Assembly: GCA_965198005.1 (NCBI GenBank) | Contig: CBDAOI010000003.1 | Coordinates: 160,001-224,000, forward strand | Reading direction: 5' to 3' | Length of the DNA stretch: 64,000 nt | From: Spirochaetia bacterium | GTDB taxonomy: Bacteria; Spirochaetota; Spirochaetia; SZUA-6; Bin103 | Shown here: piece after piece, positions 1-10,542 of the stretch | Layout: each line of letters begins with the position of its first letter | Numbering within the stretch: the first letter of the stretch is position 1 | The notes under the pieces: model-generated | The model's input: the letters and a program-made list of their open reading frames with translations, nothing else | The model's database searches: none | What the model was told of the DNA's origin: nothing | Translations under genes and position numbers: made by a program

Positions 1-126
1 ATGTTCGGCGATGCGGTGAGGGACCTGCTCGACCCGCGGCTGCGGGGTGGTGGGGGGCGCTACGAAGCGGTCACACGGAAAGAAGCCAAAAACGACTCAC
101 AAAAAACAAGGACGGAACACTCATGA
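1..126 (+). CDS. 3' end of peptide/nickel ABC transporter permease (OppC/DppC-like), truncated by window edge
   Basis: Frame 1 reads MFGDAVRDLLDPRLRGGGG...*, the same C-terminal motif as the permeases at 53991 and 59840; stop overlaps next ATG (ATGA). Confidence 0.85.
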   Translation: MFGDAVRDLLDPRLRGGGGRYEAVTRKEAKNDSQKTRTEHS

Positions 127-922
127 TTGATTTTAAAGCAATCGCGTCCTCGCTCGATGAACGGGGCTTCTGCGTAGTCCCGGAATTTCTGAGCCGGGAA
201 GAGATCGACTTCCTCGTGGAAGAATTCGATGCCAGCCCAGACTATACCGCCCCACCGAAAACCAAGCATGCGGCGCGGCACCTTGGTCACAAGCCGGTTG
301 CCGGTCAAACGGGAGCCCTGCGTGCTAACGCAATGGGACGACGAGAGACCTTCCAAAGAATAGGTCCGCGGATGGAAGAATTTTCCCAGGGAGTCACCGG
401 AGCCAAGGCCGCGCTCTATCAGATTCTCTATCTCCAGACGCCGGTAGCCAATAATCCCTGGCATCAAGATCACGATCACTTCTTCCTGACCGAGTACAAT
501 CGGACTCATCTCAAATCGAGGATGTCAAGGAGACTCCGGAGGTGGGGGTCGGCGACCTGCTGCTGCTGAGCCTCAACACCATACACGCGACGCAGACGAC
601 CGATGATCGGCGCCTTGCGGTTTCGCTGCGCACGTGCGATCCGGCGACGCCAATCGACTGGCATCGGGTGGCCGGCAGTCCCACGCCTCGAATGATGAGA
701 CAGCTCGCAAAACAGACCAAGTTGAATTCCCGGTTTTTCAACACGTCCAGGAACACGACTTCGGTATCACTCTTGCGGACGTCCTGCCGACCCTCACTGG
801 CGAGCGCGAGTAGCTCGCCTAGCAGAGATATGGCGGACACCATGGCGGCGGCCTCGTCCCCAAACAGAGGGTGGAGCCTGCTTATGGTAAGTACGTCAAC
901 CGCAAACTGCGCCCGTACATGA
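123..922 (+). pseudogene. Phytanoyl-CoA dioxygenase (PhyH)-like 2OG/Fe(II) dioxygenase, frameshifted/internally deleted
   Basis: N-term LDERGFCVVPEFLSREEI and WHQD motif in ORF 123-569; GDLLL...IH...RR.AVSLR C-terminal motif in a different frame (542-922). Confidence 0.65.
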
Positions 923-1226
923 ACTTAACCACCGCAACTCCACATAACACGGTACTCACCATTACGGGTGGAGGTCACCGTGAATCCCGCGTGACATCGG
1001 GTGTGGAGCCAAGGTAGCGCAGGCCACTCTCAGCGGAAGAGATCAGCCGCCTACGCACGTTCTCGACAGCAGTCGGTCGGGTCGCGTCGTGGCACCGATG
1101 AAGCAGGTTGAAGCGGCTACCGCGGACGCCGCGACGGCGCCAACCGAAAGAGAAAACCTTCGTTGACGCAAGACGCTACCAGCCCCGTCAGCTGCGATTA
1201 TTCGGCAGCATTCGCCGGAGGTCGCT

Positions 1227-1547
1227 CTACGCCGCGTGAACTGAGACACGGAGCTTCAGTCCTGCCTCACGCACTTGATCTTGGAGAGCCAGGCGTACGA
1301 ACTGGGCTTGGTTGTGACCTAGAGCAGCTGCGAGTTGCGCGGCGCGCTCCAGACTCAGTGAGCGCCTTCCATGCTCGATATCGGAGAGGTGGGTACGGGA
1401 AACACCCAGACGCTGCGCGAACTGGGCGAGGCTTTCGCCTTCACTTTCGCGGATTGCCCCCAAGGCGCCCCCGAGGCTCAAGGGGCCTCCAATCAAGTTC
1501 TCGATGTATGCGGTGTCCGATTCGGAGCGGCCGCGTTTAGTAGTCAT
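1227..1547 (-). CDS. XRE-family HTH antitoxin (HigA-like)
   Basis: HTH SLAQFAQRLGVSRTHLSDIEHGRR; overlaps upstream toxin gene. Confidence 0.85.
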   Translation of the reverse strand: MTTKRGRSESDTAYIENLIGGPLSLGGALGAIRESEGESLAQFAQRLGVSRTHLSDIEHGRRSLSLERAAQLAAALGHNQAQFVRLALQDQVREAGLKLRVSVHAA

Positions 1548-1785
1548 GCTTGTTTACCTCTTCGACGTGGACGGTCTCGACAGCCCCTTCGCGGTGCACG
1601 ATATAGATGGCTCGGTAAGCGTCGCTGAGCCGGACGGCCCTGTACCCCCGCCAGTCAGCCTGGAGGGGGTGATCCCTGAAGCCTGGGATTGCCCGAGCTG
1701 CGGCGAGCCCTTCAAAACGGAGGACGATATGTTGCGGAACCTTGGCAAGTTGCTTCCTCGCAGCCTTGGACAGTTGGACTTCCAC
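1537..1785 (-). CDS. RelE/HigB-family toxin (short, possibly internally deleted)
   Basis: DHPLQADWRGYRAVRLSDAYRAIY...VEEVNKHDY; toxin-first order; start GTG 1785 (or 1791). Confidence 0.75.
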   Translation of the reverse strand: MEVQLSKAARKQLAKVPQHIVLRFEGLAAARAIPGFRDHPLQADWRGYRAVRLSDAYRAIYIVHREGAVETVHVEEVNKHDY

Positions 1786-1791
1786 TGACAC

Positions 1792-1819
1792 AGTGTACCC
1801 AGGTTAAGGGTACAGTCAA
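1792..1819 (-). promoter_or_regulatory. sigma70-type promoter of the TA operon overlapped by a palindromic operator
   Basis: Minus strand TTGACT-N16-TACACT; inverted repeat TGTACCC-N7-GGGTACA at 1794-1814. Confidence 0.75.
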
Positions 1820-1870
1820 GGTGGCGGGCAGGGCGTGAGCTTCTTACACCTTGACCGTGTAGGCCCCGGT

Positions 1871-1901
1871 TAGCTAGCTAGGTAGCTGGCTAGCTAGCTA
1901 G
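1871..1901. repeat. TAGC/CTAG self-complementary tandem repeat at hisIE stop
   Basis: tagctagctaggtagctggctagctagctag. Confidence 0.8.
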
Positions 1902-2509
1902 GCGCTTGCGCAGCCGCCGCCGGCCGTGCCGCCCGCGCCGCGCGCGGCGAGAATCTCCAGCACCCGGTCCAGCGGCACCTCCTCCGCGACCAGCAGCACC
2001 AGCAGGTGGTACAGGAGATCGGCCGCCTCGGCCGCCACCTCGGCCGCGGTGCGGGCGGTGATCACCTCGATCGCCTCCTCGCCCAGCTTCTTGCGGATCT
2101 TGTCGATCCCCGCCTGGAACAGATACGCCGTGTAGGAGCCCTCCGGCAGGGTGCGCCGGCGTGCGCGTAGGAGCCGTTCCAGGTGGGCCAGCTCCCCCGG
2201 CGCGACCACCCGCCGCGCCGCCGCCGGTTCGGACCGCCCGCCCGGCAGGCGCGCCTCGTACCAGCCGCCGGCGTCACGCACCGGCACGGCCTGGCCGCCG
2301 GTCGCCGCCAGTGGCAGCACGCGGCCGGTGGCGGTACGTTCCCACAGTTCGCCGCTCTCCACGCTCTTGCCGAACGCCTTGGCGTCCATCCGCGCGAGCG
2401 CGCGCACGGTGCCGGCGGCATCGACCACCACCAGCGGCCTGGTGTCCGGTTCGGCGCGGCTGACCCGAAGAGGCGGCCCGCCGGGCATGGCATCCTGCGA
2501 CATTTTCAT
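1898..2509 (-). CDS. hisIE: Phosphoribosyl-ATP diphosphatase with divergent HisI-like N-terminal domain
   Basis: PEGSYTAYLF...KIRKKLGEEAIE...EAADLLYH (HisE motif); adjacent to hisA. Confidence 0.85.
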   Translation of the reverse strand: MKMSQDAMPGGPPLRVSRAEPDTRPLVVVDAAGTVRALARMDAKAFGKSVESGELWERTATGRVLPLAATGGQAVPVRDAGGWYEARLPGGRSEPAAARRVVAPGELAHLERLLRARRRTLPEGSYTAYLFQAGIDKIRKKLGEEAIEVITARTAAEVAAEAADLLYHLLVLLVAEEVPLDRVLEILAARGAGGTAGGGCASA

Positions 2510-2543
2510 CGTCTCGTGCGGTCACGGAGTGACAGTGGCTGGC

Positions 2544-3293
2544 TCACCATTGCTGCGCCGCCTGCTCCTGCGGGTGGCGGCGCAGCAACGCGGCCAGATC
2601 CACCAGCCCCTCGTACCACGCCTTGCCGACGATCACCCCAGCCACGCCCGCCGCTTGGTGCCCGGCCACGGCCGCCACGTGCTGCTCCGAGCCGATACCG
2701 CCGGAGAGAATCACCGGCAGCCGCGCCGCCTGCGCCACCTGCAGCGTGCGATCGATGTCGGGACCGGCCAGGGTCCCGTCGCGCGCGATGCTGGTGTACA
2801 CGATGCCGCGCACCGGCTGGCCCGCGATCCGCGCCGCCAGCTCGGTGTCGGCGGTGGCGGCCCCCCGCTGCCAGCCGTCGGTCTTGACCACGCCGGCGTC
2901 GGCGTCGATGCCCGCGATCAGCCGGTCGCCCACGGCTGCCGCCCAGCGTCCCGGCAGCTCCGGATCGCGGGCGAGGGCCGACCCCACCACCACGCGGTCC
3001 ACGCCGACCGCCAGCAGTTGCTCGGCGTCCGCCAGGCGGCGGACCCCGCCGCCGACCTGGAGCCGGAGGCCGACCGCCGCACGGATCGCCCGAATCACCG
3101 CGCGGTTGTCGCCGCTGCCGCGGGCGGCGTCGAGATCCACGACGTGCAGCCAGCCCGCGCCCAGTTGCTCGAGCTCGACCGCGGTGCGCACCGCGTCCCG
3201 CGCGTAATCGGTAACGCGCGTGAAATCGCCCCGCGTCAGGCGCACGGGGCGCCCGTCGAGCAGGTCGATCGCGGGGAAGATCAGCACCGGCAT
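2544..3293 (-). CDS. hisA: ProFAR isomerase HisA
   Basis: IFPAIDLLDG..VRL, LHVVDLDAA, QVGGGVR, TSIARDGTLAGPD. Confidence 0.95.
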   Translation of the reverse strand: MPVLIFPAIDLLDGRPVRLTRGDFTRVTDYARDAVRTAVELEQLGAGWLHVVDLDAARGSGDNRAVIRAIRAAVGLRLQVGGGVRRLADAEQLLAVGVDRVVVGSALARDPELPGRWAAAVGDRLIAGIDADAGVVKTDGWQRGAATADTELAARIAGQPVRGIVYTSIARDGTLAGPDIDRTLQVAQAARLPVILSGGIGSEQHVAAVAGHQAAGVAGVIVGKAWYEGLVDLAALLRRHPQEQAAQQW

Positions 3294-3354
3294 GGCGCCA
3301 GCGTAGCACGCCGGCGCCGACCGCGGACGTCGAGCAGGTCGATGGCGAGGAACA

Positions 3355-3906
3355 TCAGCACCGGGTATCCGGGTGGCGCTCCTCCCCGGCGCGCGCGATC
3401 TCGGCGTTGAAGGCGTGGCAGATCTGCTGTTGCAGCTCTTGCTCGGTCATGTTGTGGGACAGCAGGTCCTCGAAAAAATCACGCTTGCTGAGGCGGCAGA
3501 TGCCGGACAAGGCGGTCAGATAGTCACGGTACTTGTTGGGCGGAGTCGCCAATACGAACAACAACTTGACCGGCTGTCCGTCGAGCGCCTCATAGTCGAT
3601 TCCGACGCGTGAAATGCCGAGCGCAATCTTGACGTCACGCACGCCCGAAGTCTGGCCGTGGGCGGCGGCCACGCCGTGACCGATACCGGTGCTCTGGATC
3701 CGTTCGCGGCGGAGCACGGCGCGTTCGACTGCCGCACGCTGCTGGGCGTCGGAGAACACGGCCGCCCGCTGCACGACCTCATGTATCGCCTGAAACTTGT
3801 CGGTGTTTGTCAGGTTGTCGACCACCGTCCCCGACTGAAAGCAGCTCAACATCAGCGACAAATCGAAGCTATCAATCAGATTATCGGCGGTCAAGCTACG
3901 CCCCAT
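3355..3906 (-). CDS. PTS sugar/nitrogen EIIA domain protein
   Basis: RERIQSTGIGHGVAAAHG phospho-His motif, DYEALDGQPVKLLFVL; start inferred at ATG 3906. Confidence 0.85.
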   Translation of the reverse strand: MGRSLTADNLIDSFDLSLMLSCFQSGTVVDNLTNTDKFQAIHEVVQRAAVFSDAQQRAAVERAVLRRERIQSTGIGHGVAAAHGQTSGVRDVKIALGISRVGIDYEALDGQPVKLLFVLATPPNKYRDYLTALSGICRLSKRDFFEDLLSHNMTEQELQQQICHAFNAEIARAGEERHPDTRC

Positions 3907-3973
3907 GACCGCCGCCGGGTGACCGCGCCGGTGACCGCGCCGGCCGCTTCTGCTACGCTGCAGGCCGGACTCG

Positions 3974-6900
3974 ATGCGGATAGAGGTATGGTATCGCGAC
4001 GAGATCGGTGACGGGCGCGCCGCGCGCCTGCTGGATTCGTTGCGGGCCGCCTCCGGGAACGGCATCGAGAGCGTGGCGGTGCGCGACGTGTATATCGTTG
4101 CCGGGGTGCCCGGACTGCAGCCGGCGCGGCTGGTGGAGCTGGTGCGCGACCGGGTGGCGCAGGCGGCGGCGGTGGTGCCTGCGGCGGGCGGTGGCGCCGC
4201 GGGCGGTGGCGCGGCGGGCGGCGGGCCGGCCTGGGACCTGCTGCTCGAGGTCGCCGCCAGGCCGGGAGTCACCGACCCGGTGGCCACCACGTTGCGCGCC
4301 GCCTTGGTCAGCGTGGCCGGTCTGGACGTGCCGGCCGCGGCCGTGGTGCAGACCGCCCGCCAGTACCGGTTGCGCTACGGGTCCGCCGGGCCGTGCCACC
4401 CCGCCCTGCTGGAGACGCTGTTCAATCCCCTGATCCACGTCGGCGTGACCATCACCGCGCAGGAATGGGCGGCGGGAAAACGGCCGGCACAGGAGTACCC
4501 CACGGTGTCCGGTTGCAGCGCCGCCGGACACGCCGGGCACGTCGAGCGGTTTGCGGTCGCCACGCTGGCGGACGACGAGCTGGCCAAGCTGTCGGCCGAG
4601 CGCCTGCTGGCCCTGACCCTGCCGGAGATGCGCGCGGTGCGCGCCCACTATCAGTCGCCGGCGGTACGCGCGCGCCGGCGCGCAGCCGGGCTCGGTGAGG
4701 CGGCGACCGACCTCGAGCTCGAAATGATCGCGCAGACCTGGTCCGAGCACTGCAAGCACAAGATCTTCAACGCCACCATCGAGTACCGGGAGCAGGATCG
4801 GACCGAAACCATTCACTCTCTGTTCGACACCTGCATCCGTGCGACCACCCGCGCCGTGGATCCCCGCGACGGCTTCCTGCGGTCGGTGTTCCACGACAAC
4901 TCGGGCGTGATCGAGTTCGACGACACGACCCTGCTGTGCTTCAAGGCGGAGACCCACAACTCGCCATCCGCGCTCGACCCTTATGGCGGCGCGATTACCG
5001 GAATCGTCGGCGTGAACCGCGACATCATCGGCACCGGCCGCGGCGCCCGGCCGCTGTTCAACACCAACGTCCTGTGCTTCGCGCCACCCGGCATGGCCGG
5101 CGTGCCGCGCGGTCTGCTGCCGCCGCGCCGCGTGCTGGAGGGGGTGCACCGCGGCATCGTCGACGGCGGGAACCAGTCCGGCATCCCGACCGTGGCCGGC
5201 GCCTTCCTGTTCGATCCCAGCTTCGTCGGCAAGCCGCTGGTGTTCTGCGGCACCGGCGGCATCATGCCGGCCGAGGTGGGCGGAGCGCCGGCGTGGGAGG
5301 GGCAGCCGCAGGCGGGGGATCTGGCGGTGATGGTGGGCGGCCGCATCGGGCGCGACGGCATTCATGGAGCCACCTTCTCGTCGCTGGCGCTGGACCAGTC
5401 CTCACCCCGGTCCGCGGTGCAGATCGGCGACCCGATCACCCAGAAGAAGATGTCCGATTTCCTGCTGGAGGCGCGTGACCAGGGGCTGTTCCGAGCGATC
5501 ACCGACAACGGGGCGGGGGGGCTGTCGTCGTCGTTCGGGGAGATGGCGCGCGCCTGCGGGGGGGTGCGGCTGGAGCTGGAGCGGGCGCCGCTCAAGTATC
5601 TCGGGCTGGCGCCGTGGGAGATCCTGTTGTCCGAGTCGCAGGAGCGCATGAGCCTGGCGGTGGCGCCCGCCCGTTACCCCGCCCTGGAGGCGCTGGCGCG
5701 CCGGCGTGATGTGGAGGTGGCGGCGCTGGGGGAGTTCACCGCCGACGGGATGGTCGAGGTGCGCTACGCCGGGGGGCTGGTCGGGTTGCTCGACCTGAGG
5801 TTCCTGCACCAGGGGCTGCCGGAGATGGTGCTGCGCGCGCGCTGGGAGCCGCCCGCCGCCCCGGCCGCGCAGCCGGGGGCCGCGCCCGGCCGGCCGGACC
5901 CACCTCACCCACGCGACCCACCCGCCCCGCGCGCCATGCTGCTGCGCCTGCTGGCGGACCCCAACGTCGCCTCCAAGGAGCCGCTCGTGCGCCAGTACGA
6001 CCATGAGGTGCAGGCGCTCACGGTCGGCAAGCCGTTCGTGGGCGTGCGGATGGATGGGCCCAGCGACGGCGCCGTGCTGCAGCCGCGGCCCGGCTCGACC
6101 CGCGGCATTACCGTGACCCATGGCATCTGCCCCTGGTATTCGACCGTGGATCCCTACCACATGGCCCAGTGCGCGGTCGACGAGGCGGTGCGCGCGCACG
6201 TCGCCTGCGGCGGCGACCCCGACCGCATGGCGGCGCTGGACAACTTCTGCTGGCCGGACCCGGTGGCGGCGCCGGACAACCCCGACGGGGAGTACAAGCT
6301 GGGCCAGCTCGTGCGCGCCGCCCGCGGCCTGCACGACGCGTGCGTCGCGTATCGGCTGCCGCTGATCTCCGGCAAGGACTCGATGAAGAACGACGCCTTC
6401 GCCGGCGGCCGCCGCATCTCGGTGCTGCCCACCCTGCTGGTGTCGGTGCTGGGCATCGTGCGCGACCTGCGGCGTTCCCTCAGCTCGGACTTCAAGCGCG
6501 CCGGCGACCGAATCTTCGTGGTCGGCGAGGATCGCGGCGAGTTGCGCGCGTCCGCGTACGCACGGGCACTGCAGGCGGCGGGGCCGGCCGCGGGCGGACC
6601 GGCCGTGCCGCCGGGCGCTGCGCCGAGCGTCGACCCGGCGGCCGCGCTGCGCCGCTACCGGCTACTGCACCGGGCGGTCCGGGAGGAGCTGCCGGCGTCG
6701 GCCCACGACGTCGCGGACGGCGGCCTCGCCGTGGCGGCCGCCGAAAGCGCGATCGGCGGCCGCCTCGGCGCGCGGCTGGAGCTGGCGCGGGTGCCGGCGC
6801 GTGCGGTGGGGCCAGCAGCAGCCGCCGCGGCGGCGGGGGCGGCAGCACCACCAGCAGCCGCGGCGGGAGCAGCTCCGGCGGCACCGGCAGCGGTGGCGGC

Positions 6901-7599
6901 GGGGACGCCAACAGCGGTAACGGCGGCGGCAGCAGCGGGGGCAGCAGCGCAACCAGCAGCGGCAGCAGCAGCGGGGGCGCCAACGGCGGTAACGACGGCA
7001 GCAGCGGTAGCGGCGGCAACGGCAGCAATGGAAGCAACAGCGGCAGCGGCGGCAGCAGCGGGGGCACCAACAACGGCGGCGGCAGCGGCAGCAGCGCCAC
7101 CAGCGGCAGCAGCGGGGGCAGTGGAGGCGGCAGCGGCTGCTCCACCACCAGCGGCGCCACCACCAGCGGCAGCAGCAGCGCCAGCGGCAGCGCCAGCGGC
7201 AGCGCAGCACCAGCGGCAGCGCCACCAGCGGCAGCGGCGGCAGCGGCGGCAGCACTGCAAGCAACAGTGGTAGCGGCGGCAAACACCGGCGGAGCCGCCG
7301 GGCATCCCGGCACGGCGGCGGCCACCGACACCGCCGCGGCCGGGTCCACCGCCGATGCGCTTGGCCCGGCCGCCGCCTGGCGCTGGACCACGGCGCTGTT
7401 CAGCGAAACCGGCGGCCGCCTGCTGGTGACGGTGCCGGCGGACCGGGCCGACCGCTTCGCGGCGCTGTTCGCCGGGCAGGCGTGTGCGGAAGTCGGCGAG
7501 GTCACCGCCGATGGCGCGCTGAACGTGACCGCCGGCGGCGCACGCGTGGCGAGCTGGTCCGTGGGGGAGCTGGTGCGGGCGTGGCAGACCCCGATTTGA
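3974..7599 (+). CDS. purL: Phosphoribosylformylglycinamidine synthase large subunit with PurS-like N-terminus and long Ala-rich insertion; apparent frameshift near 7205
   Basis: QTWSEHCKHKIF, KAETHNSPS, DNGAGG, LSESQERM, DNFCWP, HDVADGG; C-terminal LFSETGGRLLV in frame of ORF 6169-7599. Confidence 0.92.
6815..7370 (+). repeat. GCA/GCG low-complexity expansion (poly-Ala/Pro/Thr) inside purL
   Basis: Degenerate (GCA/GCG)n with CCA/ACG interruptions, almost no T on the + strand. Confidence 0.9.
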
Positions 7600-8388
7600 C
7601 GGTACCGGTCTGCATCGTCACCGGGTTCGGGATCAACACCGACCGCGAGATGGCGCACGCGTTCGCGCTCGCCGGCGGCCACCCGGTGCGGCTGCACGTG
7701 AACGATCTGATCGCCGACCCGGCGCGGCTGGCCGGGTTCCGGATCTTCGTGCTCCCGGGCGGGTTCTCGTTCGGCGACCACGTCGGGTCGGGCGCGATGC
7801 TGGCCGCGCTGATGGCGCGCACGCTACGCGCGTCGCTGGCCGCGTTCGTCGCGCGCGGCGGCCTGGTGCTGGGCGTCTGCAACGGGTTTCAGGTGCTGGC
7901 GCGGATGGGGCTGGTGCCCGCCGCCGCCGGCTGGTCGCAGTCGGTCGCCCTGGTCCACAACGCCTCCGGCCGATTCGAGGACCGCTGGGTGCGGGTCGCG
8001 TTCGACCCCGCGGCCCCCTGCGTGTGGACCCGCGGCATCGCGGCGCTGCCGCTGCCGGTGCGCCACGGCGAGGGCCGGCTGGTCGCCCCCGGCTGCGTGC
8101 TCCAAACCATCGAGACCCGCCACCTCGGCGTCGCCCGCTACGTAGCCCCCGACGGACGCGCCGGCCGCGCCCGCGGCGCCGGTGCCCTACCCGGCCAACC
8201 CCAATGGCTCGCTGCGCAATCTCGCCGGCCTGTGCGACCCCAGCGGCCGCGTCCTGGGCCTGATGCCGCACCCCGAGGCGTTCCTGCACCGGTACCACCA
8301 CCCCTGCTGGCGCAACGCCCCGGTCACCCCCGCCGACGGCGCGCTGCAACTGTTCCGCAACGCCGTACACCACGCACACCGTGCGTAG
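7596..8388 (+). CDS. purQ: Phosphoribosylformylglycinamidine synthase glutaminase subunit; apparent frameshift ~8165-8185
   Basis: [23 protein letters not shown], then YPANPNGS...GLMPHPE in another frame; TTG start overlaps purL stop. Confidence 0.9.
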
Positions 8389-8407
8389 CCGCACACCGCG
8401 ATTGGTG

Positions 8408-8436
8408 CTGACACCGGGCTTCCGATGATGTATCAT
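8408..8436 (+). promoter_or_regulatory. Putative sigma70 promoter of tRNA-Ala
   Basis: CTGACA-N17-TATCAT, 19 nt upstream of the tRNA. Confidence 0.6.
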
Positions 8437-8455
8437 ATGGGGTACGAGACACTTG

Positions 8456-8529
8456 GGGGGCGTAGCTCAGTTGGCTAGAGCGCGTGAATGGCATTCACGA
8501 GGTCGTGGGTTCGATTCCCTTCGCCTCCA
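8456..8529 (+). tRNA. tRNA-Ala(GGC)
   Basis: Acceptor GGGGGCG/CGCCTCC with G3:U70, anticodon arm CGTGA-AT GGC AT-TCACG, TTCGA T-loop; CCA not encoded. Confidence 0.95.
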
Positions 8530-8712
8530 TCAAGTACGTGCAACGGCTCGTCGAGCCTGACGTTCCAGCGCGGTCACCGAGCGAGAGGTGAACACCTTGG
8601 TGACCAGCTTCCGGATGCGGGTATGCGAAAGGTCGGCGTCGCCTCCCGCACCCGCCCCAGCGCCGGGTACGGATCGTCCAGGAACCCGGGATCGTAGAAG
8701 TCCAGCCGCCAG
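8530..8712 (-). pseudogene. Cytochrome P450 N-terminal remnant
   Basis: FYDPGFLDDPYPALGRVREATP, then RKLVTKVFTSRSVTALE in another frame; both resemble P450 N-terminal segments with the intervening part deleted. Confidence 0.55.
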
Positions 8713-8767
8713 GCCGCTTCGCGAAGATCGGGGTGGCGCGTGTCTCTTATCGCCATCTACCGACTCG

Positions 8768-8815
8768 TGGACGGACGAGGGACCGAGCGACGTGGAGATC
8801 GTGGACTACCACTGA
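8768..8815 (+). pseudogene. HigB toxin C-terminal remnant
   Basis: WTDEGPSDVEIVDYH*, typical HigB C-terminus, directly upstream of higA. Confidence 0.7.
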
Positions 8816-8834
8816 GGGGGCAACGAGCATAGGC

Positions 8835-9134
8835 ATGAGAAACGGAATGAGGCTGGTACATCCGGGCGAGATACTGCGCGGGGAACTTGATGAGATCGGA
8901 CTGTCGGCGAACGCGCTGTCGAAGGCGCTGGCGGTCCCGGTGAACCGGATCACGATGATCCTGAATGGCCAGCGCGGCGTGAGCGCGGACACGGCGCTAC
9001 GCTTGGCGAGGTACTTCGGGACGACGCCGCAGTTGTGGCTGAACCTGCAGAAGGCGTGGGAGTTGCGCCGGGCGGAGATCGCGGCGGGCGGTGAGATCAT
9101 CGCCCGAGTGACGCCCCGCCAGTCGGTCGCGTAG
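8835..9134 (+). CDS. higA: HigA-family antitoxin
   Basis: HPGEIL...RGVSADTALRLARYFGTTPQLWLNLQ. Confidence 0.9.
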   Translation: MRNGMRLVHPGEILRGELDEIGLSANALSKALAVPVNRITMILNGQRGVSADTALRLARYFGTTPQLWLNLQKAWELRRAEIAAGGEIIARVTPRQSVA

Positions 9135-9272
9135 CGCGCTGGCTGGCACCGCTGCGAGTCAATCTCTCATGGCGGAGGCGGCGGCGCCGATAAAGGAGGC
9201 GAGGGCCGTCGCGGGCAGCCCAGCAGGGTCACCCGTTATCGTCAATCTCGGTCGCCCCCGGGCGGCAAGCCG

Positions 9273-9980
9273 CTACTCCTGCTCGAACCCGTGATCGGTG
9301 AACTTGAGCGTTCGGCTGTTCTCGGTAACCGTACGCACGATGTGCTCGGGGGCGCCATCCGGGATTTCTGCTTCGATCTCCAGCGTCACGGTCAGGTTTG
9401 CACGCACCAGCCCGGCGAGATGCGCGATCACCTCATCGGCGATCTGGCTGGCATCGCGGCCGACGCGGGCAGCGTCGAGGGTAACGGCGCCGTGAAAACG
9501 CTTCAGTAGCCGCGGGGGAGGAGGCGGGGGCGGTGGGGGGTCTGGCCCGTTGCCTCCGTTGCCATTGCCACCACCGTTCGGAGGCGCGGGAACTGGCGCA
9601 TCGAGTTGCTTCCGGGCCACCGCGGGCTTGACGAGCAGACCCGGAGCATCTGCGTCGGGCAAGTTGATCCGATCTTGGACGCGTAGACCGCTATAACGTC
9701 CGGAACCCTCGTCGAAACTTTCGGCGAAAGCGAATGATTCCTGCTCCCAGGTCATCAACGACGTACCATCGCCGATGCTGCGCAACAGGACCTCCGGGCC
9801 CTTGAGCCGGGGCAGGTAGAGGTAGAGGTAGCGCGCGAAATCCTCGGCGAGTTGGGCAACGGACACGTGGTCGCCACGCCAGAGCGGGACACGGTCCAGC
9901 TCCATCCGCAAGAGCGTAGCGCCGTACGCGGTCATGAGCCCGTCCTGCGCCCGCAGCCGGCGGGACGCGCGAACCGCTGC
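9273..9980 (-). pseudogene. C-terminal fragment of DUF499 AAA+ ATPase
   Basis: RFHGAVTLDAARVGRDASQIADEVIAHL...RTVTENSRTLKF; N-terminal bulk missing. Confidence 0.75.
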
Positions 9981-10171
9981 CCAGCCGGTGCTTGCCCACT
10001 ATGGAGCCCCTCCCGTCGCTGTCCAGCTCGCCGCGGCGCTTCTACTTCGACGGCAGCATCTACGACGGCTGGTCCAACGTGCCCAAGCGGTTCAGGGACC
10101 CGTTCTCCGACGTATCCGAGCCGAGTCGAATCACGGCCCCAACAATCTTCAGCTTCAAGTGGGAGTTGTGA

Positions 10172-10390
10172 CCTGAGCCACAGCCAGTTGTGCCAGAACG
10201 CCTGCCAGAAGGAGCGGTCCTCGAACAGCAGCCGGCGGAAGTTCTCCAGGCCGATGAACTCCGCCGGCCCGATGCCCGACCACTCGGTCATCGAGTAGTA
10301 CACGGCGCTCACCGACGGGCTGATCTTGACGACGAAGTGCAGCAGCAGAATCGGGACGATGAACGCCCAGGCGATCAGGCGCGCCCTGCT
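10172..10390 (-). pseudogene. Carbohydrate ABC permease 5' fragment, interrupted by transposon (start codon displaced to 14194-14196)
   Basis: RLIAWAFIVP...SMTEWSGIG..FIGLENF..L..D..FWQA; the empty site reconstructs GTG AGC AGG GCG CGC CTG (MSRARL). Confidence 0.75.
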
Positions 10391-10542
10391 TGTTGCCCGC
10401 CAGGTGAGATTTCCGGGATGTGGACAAATCCGCCAGTGGGGGTAGGATAGGTTCGCCCGGGAAGCGTTCCGGAGATCACGAAAAAAGATAGGGGCCACCG
10501 CCAGTACTTACTCCGGGTACAACGGTGACCCCCACCTAAAAG

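Noticed and set aside
2151-3410. Long antisense/alternative-frame ORFs (this one and e.g. 26221-27744, 40028-41995, 42345-44351, 60801-62411)
   Set aside because: Shadow ORFs of well-supported genes, expected in high-GC DNA; Arg/Pro/Ala-rich with no motifs.
6815-7370. Intein or CRISPR array in purL
   Set aside because: No Cys/Ser...His-Asn splice motifs and no constant repeat with unique spacers; simple low-complexity sequence.
7596-8388. purQ (and purL, hsdM, transposase) as true pseudogenes or programmed frameshifts
   Set aside because: Single-base slips in GC-rich or repetitive context with otherwise intact motifs and no slippery heptamer seen; sequencing indels are more parsimonious until reads are checked.
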